Below are positions 28,201 through 33,400 of a DNA stretch of 36,354 nt, one piece after another. Origin of the DNA: Clostridiales bacterium UBA4653 (GTDB lineage: Bacteria; Bacillota; Clostridia; Oscillospirales; CAG-272); assembly GCA_002405565.1 (NCBI GenBank), contig DHMB01000020.1, positions 8,241-44,594 on the forward strand, read 5' to 3'. The position numbers and the translations under genes were made by a program. Each line of letters starts with the position of its first letter. Positions within the stretch are counted from its first letter, which is position 1. A model generated the notes under the pieces. It had not been told where the DNA came from and did no database searches. It saw only the letters and a program-made list of their open reading frames with translations.

Positions 28201-28414
28201 TTTGCTTTGCGCAATCGAAAAGCTGTGCTTATCCGTAAACAAAGACAGTGATTCCGAGACTGTCGGAGCGCGGATATTCAAGGAAATTGAAGCCCTGCGC
28301 GGCTGTGTCGCCGCGTCGGCTCTTTCGCGGATGACGGAGACGGCGGAAGAAAAATATCGTCCTTCGGCGGTTCCGACGAAAGAAACAAACAGTAGTGAGG
28401 AGAGATTATGTTAA
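25229..28414 (+). CDS. Paralogous tubulin-like protein with degenerate nucleotide-binding signature
   Basis: 1061 aa and collinear with the upstream gene. Matching blocks: MEERIIIIGAGRTGCEAV vs MKNILLIGVGGTGSNAV; KVYTVAAPSDATGGELFLPITLY vs EVYVISSVAGGTGSGSFIPIALY; KVFGNAYASLRELNAV vs KVYANAYAILRELNAI; FSHVYVVGKIPGV..SGHISVISDMLFFL vs FTQIFILDRIPGL..SAHDMVMADSLYTL. The signature GGTGSG is replaced by DATGGE (25661-25678). Confidence 0.72.
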   Translation: MEERIIIIGAGRTGCEAVSAFAENNPGKKNIFPMFFGTDAAALDELSENGVSPKNIFRMTSKNTFGQIVRDLGEGISDWFSCTYENCYGGQRAMEHGSGFSRLKAMVSFVDFIARGGDKTIEERISEVAGDEAEYKVYTVAAPSDATGGELFLPITLYIARALWQKGVHAEYGLLLSSPTALTSGGMNEMQMTKVFGNAYASLRELNAVMSGAGGEEFSIGSENDPYIGQLYPMQGEYSENKGLFSHVYVVGKIPGVFTASGHISVISDMLFFLTSDIAQRTLSARNDNAFTFLSSASLDFPAGRAIDYIVDRAVCDDILQSMSACGNLSAYAEEMLGSEEKKAPREDQNIPESLFAIFENESVISDYINALIEATEFTDDAPVFDTECATLTEGGLCRRLFDVKSKTTEKTDKFNAIVTDCKKELSSYAEAFRLHTVRVCGLLSEKVFPAGAEGELSFASAIGIGSCRLDVVFARLCTFRKVLAKVIDDKKCNLIKMKTGESISEYTDRATSERMPVIRTDGEYLLTTEKNITKEKCESLASVLKRAGDDIRTMANLRMRYAVLELLSDFTDRLISEGKRLISDFKEVISDYGASGADREELTELESRYEDIYKEMRGALAETVAGGISDVTVSVVSGIYGSVLGINDGTPEREPAYKIYCGEKERAIKAAAEGDVMRILRRKSVTELMPQKTENDFGAYLSSIADRAMPVFSYSENRACESRPRRGVITVLPREAAEAIAAKEDGDAPKSAEDAVRDYLVRHKCLDSEFAVCDGLSAFRIICFGFAENLSLENFTLVRESDKDAKWYEEYLKCLENESKFRSVLWHPYISSCTRGIPPCIDKEFEKSRNAQICKALVYMFIGNGFSAEYDERSGKKVVFRDEGGRKYPLSVDGKSIAAGDFCGMTDYLVSNEPVARDMALAFDEYIDRNCAETVKNISGSDENDNLIDCALMRALRGNGERAEEKLPLSEMLLKYLSVGGKLAEGIADALLCAIEKLCLSVNKDSDSETVGARIFKEIEALRGCVAASALSRMTETAEEKYRPSAVPTKETNSSEERLC

Positions 28415-30450
28415 CCTACGTGATAAACACCTCTGAAAACAAAATATTTGACAGCGATCTGCTTTTTGAACTTGCCGGATATAACAAGATCAGATGGATG
28501 CATTGCAGTCTTGATAAGGTGAAGGAGTGTGCGATTGAAATATGCGATAAGCAGAATGTGCTCGGGGCGGACGCCTTCCGCATTGCTGTCATCGTGGATT
28601 TCTATTGCTTTGACAGAGTTCGCCGTCCATACGGTTACAGCGGGTATACGGATGATCCGGGCGTGGATCTTTGTCTCTATTACCCTTATATCGAAACATA
28701 CCTCTCCGATCACCTTCTCAGTCACCTTGACAGAAATAATCTGCACGCGGCAACGTGCGAAATTTACTATATACAAAACGAAAAAAATGATAAATATTCA
28801 AATATAGACAACCGCAAAGAGCAGCTGAAAAAAATCATGAAGGCTGTCGACTTCGGTGGTGCGGAAATCGAGCTTCCCGAGGAAAAGAAAGAATCGGCGC
28901 ACACGGGTGAAAGCGAAACTGACTTTATTGGTCAGAACGGAAAAACCAAGCAGGGAACAGGGAAAAATGAGGATGAAGAAAAAACTCCGGAGGAGAAATA
29001 TCCGAAATTCAGACTTTATTGCACGCCCGGCGTCTCGCTTGATTTTGAGGTCAAAGATTACCCGTATTGCGGCGGAGCCGAGATGACTTTTTCCGATTTC
29101 ACAAGAGAACTTGAAGGACGCTATTCCGGAAAAAGACATATGATATGCCATTCTTACGTAACCGCTTACGGTTGCGGCTCGGCGATGGCGGCGTTCGATA
29201 CGCTCGCGCTTTCGCTTTATCTTGTGCACATGTATGAACGCGAGGAGGACAGACGCGACAGCACGGATTTTGAAATAGATCATCTTGATCCGATCGCGCT
29301 CAGAAATGTTCTCGAAAAGGCATGGAACAAGATCCACTGCGCAAAGGAGCTTGCGCAGGAAAACAAGTGCGAATATTACGCGCTTGATTTCGAAATGGCA
29401 AACGGAAAAAAGAAAAAGGAAGAATATACAGAGCCCGACGAAAAGGAAGAGCTGAGAAAATTCCGTGCCGCCGTAAAACCTGCGGATCTTGATTTTTCTT
29501 CAGATGAGCTTTATAAGAAAATAGTTGAGTATGCTTCCAGAAGGATGAACGAGCCGAGCGAAGCCGACCGCGAGGAGCTTGACAAGCTAATGCGCGGATA
29601 TCTTGAAAACAGAGACGGCACGCGCGAGGTCGGTGTGCAGAGCGAGTTTGAACAGCTTTGCGCCACGGGCGCATTCAAAATGCAGAAGCAGTGCCCGTCA
29701 AAGCTGCAATATGACATAGTCGTTGAAGAAAGACAGACGAAGATATCCGAGATTTTTGAGAGAACTCTCAAAGCCGAATATCTGAAAACAGACTATGCCG
29801 AAGTCTATAAAGAGGCGAGCGAGCATTATGCCGAGCATAAAGAGCTTATGCGCCAGAGGAGCAGATGGATAGTTGCCGATATCGTGCTTTTCATAATAAT
29901 GGTTGCGTCGATACTTGTCCCGTTCCATTATATGCAGGCGCTGAAAAGCGGCGGCGTTGTATATGACATCATGCGTTACATATGGACAGCCGCGCCGTTT
30001 ATGGCGCTGTTCGTCCTGTGCTTTATAATCATAGTCATAACGATTTCCGTAAGACTGAAACGCGTCAGGGAACGACTTCAGCTATGCCTTGAGATATGTA
30101 TCGCAAAGCATGCGTTTTCAATGTCGGCACTGAAAAGACGTTATGAAAAAGAGCTTCCCGAGATTGAAAAGATAAGATACGAAATCCGCGGGATTGCAAA
30201 TCTTCAGGAGAAGAACATCGAAAAGAACAGAAACATCAGACTTCACAGGGAAACGCTCGAGAATGTTGAAAACAGACTCAGCGCGATTCTCAATAACCTC
30301 GGAGTTGAGCCCAAGCCCGAAAAGCATGAGGATCTCTCCGACGAATTCGACGCACAGAAGCCCATAAACGCTCCGATAAACAGCGTTTACAGAATTTTCT
30401 CCGTCGAAGCGATAGAGTCGATGTTTCCGGACAAAAGGGGGAAACAGTAA
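28408..30450 (+). CDS. Unknown protein with cytoplasmic N-domain, charged linker, TM hairpin and C-terminal coiled coil
   Basis: 680 aa. ATG overlaps the upstream stop (ATGTTAA), with GAGGAG SD. TM helices at 29866-29928 (WIVADIVLFIIMVASILVPF) and 29983-30051 (WTAAPFMALFVLCFIIIVITISV). Heptad-like charged C-terminus. Confidence 0.78.
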   Translation: MLTYVINTSENKIFDSDLLFELAGYNKIRWMHCSLDKVKECAIEICDKQNVLGADAFRIAVIVDFYCFDRVRRPYGYSGYTDDPGVDLCLYYPYIETYLSDHLLSHLDRNNLHAATCEIYYIQNEKNDKYSNIDNRKEQLKKIMKAVDFGGAEIELPEEKKESAHTGESETDFIGQNGKTKQGTGKNEDEEKTPEEKYPKFRLYCTPGVSLDFEVKDYPYCGGAEMTFSDFTRELEGRYSGKRHMICHSYVTAYGCGSAMAAFDTLALSLYLVHMYEREEDRRDSTDFEIDHLDPIALRNVLEKAWNKIHCAKELAQENKCEYYALDFEMANGKKKKEEYTEPDEKEELRKFRAAVKPADLDFSSDELYKKIVEYASRRMNEPSEADREELDKLMRGYLENRDGTREVGVQSEFEQLCATGAFKMQKQCPSKLQYDIVVEERQTKISEIFERTLKAEYLKTDYAEVYKEASEHYAEHKELMRQRSRWIVADIVLFIIMVASILVPFHYMQALKSGGVVYDIMRYIWTAAPFMALFVLCFIIIVITISVRLKRVRERLQLCLEICIAKHAFSMSALKRRYEKELPEIEKIRYEIRGIANLQEKNIEKNRNIRLHRETLENVENRLSAILNNLGVEPKPEKHEDLSDEFDAQKPINAPINSVYRIFSVEAIESMFPDKRGKQ

Positions 30451-33400
30451 ATGATTGTTGCAGCCAAAATATTATTTCTGATAGTACTGCTTTTGGTTCT
30501 GTCATATCCGTTTCTGCCTTTTTCATCGAAGGCAAAGCGCTTTTCAACGTTTTCATCGCTGAGATACAATCCCCCGTTCAACAAACGTAATTTCATATTC
30601 ATTCCGATAACAATTGCGGAATTTATAGTCGTGGCGCTGATTTTTGAGATAATCGCGGGACTTTGCGATAAATTCGGAAGTCTGCCGTTTGTTTCGACAA
30701 TCATAAGCGCTGTTGAAGCAAAGCTCGGCGTTCAGGGCGGATTTTTCGTCTTTGCCGTGCGCGTGCTTCTGATAAACATTGCAATTCTCTATGCGTTTAT
30801 ATTTGTAAAAGGAATATTGCGTCATGTGTTTATCGACCCCATATTCGGTTGGGGCAAAAACGGGAAGATGACCCGTAAAGAGCGCAAGGCGCTTGCGGAA
30901 AAACGTAAACTTGAAAAGAAAAAGAGAAAAGAAGCAAAGAAAAGAGGCGAGAAATACGTTGCCGAGGAGCCCGCTCCCGAGCCCGTGAAAACGGATGACG
31001 GAGAGGAAGACCCGGAGAACGGTCACATAATGCGCTTCCCGCACCTTGAAGGTGACGAGGAAAAGGATGAGAACAAGAAGCGCTCCGGCGAAACGGAGAA
31101 GGAGTCATCCTCCGAAACGGAAGGAATTCCGAAGGAAGAAGAGCCGCCGGCTCCGCCCAAATCGGAGTTTATGCGCGCGATACTCGGTATCTTCTTCGAA
31201 GCTCCCGATTATCTTTATGCAAGACCGAGCGTTGCCCGCGCAACGGCAGTTCTGCAAACCTTCCTTTATATTGTCGAGGCAATATATATACTCCTCTTTG
31301 TCAACATGGCGGCAATGCTCGTTTTTGCAATGCCCGAATGGATGTACAGAGTGGCGCAGATCATAAGAAGCTTCTATATTTACCCGTTTATCTCCGTTAT
31401 ATTCCTTCAGGAGATATGCAATTTCCTGCGCACAAAGCAGCCCGTGGAAAAGCCCGAGGAGCTTATGCAGAAGGAAGAAGAGGAAACAAAGAAGGAATGT
31501 GAAGCGAGACTTGTCGCGCTCAACAACGAGCTGACAAAGCGCTTCGATGAAAATCATTTCTTCCGTTATTATCCCGAGCTGCCCTGCAAGGAGGTTCCGG
31601 AATACGTTTGCACTAACATTCCTTACGCAAGTGCGCTTGCGTATATACGCGAATACGCCAGACAGAATTCGGGGCATGTTGTCCAGAGTTATATGGAAAG
31701 TCTGGACGCGGTGTTCAATGACAACCACATCTATTTCGGCACGTCATTCTATTCGGAATACGGCGAATATCTCATTTCTTATGCCTATACCAGACTTCTC
31801 TCCGGCGCGAGAATGATATTCATCATTTCCGATATGGAAAAGGCGGAGTCGCTCCGCAGATACATACGCGACAGACTTACCTCCATGACGAATTGCAGTA
31901 ACAATGCGACATGGCGCGTATATATAAAGGGAGAAAGACTTGACCAGGCGGACATTCTCATCGCCACACCCGAGGATTTCCGCGATGACAGCATAATAAA
32001 CCATTATCCCGCGTTCTTTGAAGAGGTCTGCAACGCGGTGTTTGTGGACGCGGATCGCATAACCGCGATATACGGTTATCTTTGCCCGATTCTTTCGATG
32101 AGACTGAAAAAGGCGACGGAAAACAGGATCCGCTTTATATTCCTCACGCGTGACATCATGCGCGGATTTGCGGCAAAAAGCCTGCCGAGATATTTCTGTA
32201 TCGACAAGGTTTATACATGCAGCAGTGCGCTTGAAAACGAGAGCACCGCATACACGCTTCTCAACAGAGAAAGCAAGCACCACAGAATTTATAATAAGCA
32301 CGGGCAGACTCTCACGAGCCTTGAATGTATCGTCGCCGAGCAGGCGGTGAAGTTCGGTGTTGACGGAGTCAAGGTTATAAGCGGCGCGCCGATCGACCAT
32401 GCGGACGCAGTTTCCCTTGCGACAAAGGGCGTTGAGCTGAATGAATTCTATAAGCCCGTTCCGAAGATAAACTACATGATCTATGCGGATGACAGGTGTA
32501 ACCTCGCTTCCGCCATCTATACGTGCACCCGCTTCAGGGGACATGTAAAATCCATTGCAAACATTATCTCCAAGCCCTATCTTCTCCGCGACTACTTCGT
32601 CTTTATGGCGAGCAACGGCGAATATATAAACCGTTCATCGTTCATTCAGCCGCGTGCCGTTGAGAGCATGGACGTCGGAAAGCTGAGCCTGCTCCGTATC
32701 TTCTGCGAAGCCAGCATGGATGACGGAATGTCGCTTGCGAAGTTCTGCGAGAAGATGAGAAACATCATTGAAATGGTCGGCAACCGTTTTTCGTCGGCGC
32801 CGAGCTGTTTCTGCGGTGATATGATCGACAAGATCAAGAGCGGGGAGCTTGTGCCCGACGAGGATGACTATGCCGCATATCTTGTCTCCGGACTTTTTGA
32901 TTATGCCGGCACGGGCAAAGATCGCAGCGAGGGCAAGAAGGCGAAGGATTACTATCTTATCGTCGACTCCAAATACAGCACCTCCGCAAGTCGCGACAAG
33001 ACAATCTGCTTTAAGAGAAGCAAATATTTCTTTGACAGACTTACGGACAAAAACAAACGCGTCGAGCTGCGGTTAAATGACTCGACGATAGGCTATCTTG
33101 ACACGTTCCCGGGCAGAGTTCACCAGCAGTATATGGTGGGGCAGAGTATCATCTTCCGCAACATGGAATATGAGATAGGCGAAATATCGGACGACAGCAG
33201 CGTAATTTACCTGCGCAACGAAAACGTCACGTTCAAAAACTCGCTCGATACGTTCTTTTTGCGTCGTTATGACGTCAGAAATCTTGAAAAGGTCGGGGAC
33301 GAGGGTATCCTTTACCGTTCAAACTCCAACCTTGCCGAGATACGCGTCTCGCACGCGATAGCCGATATCACCGGCGAAAACTACGGCTTCTTTACGCTGA

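Noticed and set aside
30553-32544. Three long minus-strand ORFs (30553-31044, 31105-31728, 31744-32544) that appear to be the only large ORFs in this region of the track.
   Set aside because: They are antisense shadows of the uninterrupted + frame-1 ORF (30451 to >36354). Their translations are Arg/Ser/Phe-rich and motif-free, and they have no SD or operon context. The + strand product has TM helices and recognisable motifs.
32908-32922. GTGKD in the giant protein, considered as a possible Walker A P-loop.
   Set aside because: It lacks the GxxxxGK[ST] spacing and the Ser/Thr after Lys. It is also located after, not before, the helicase-like motif series.
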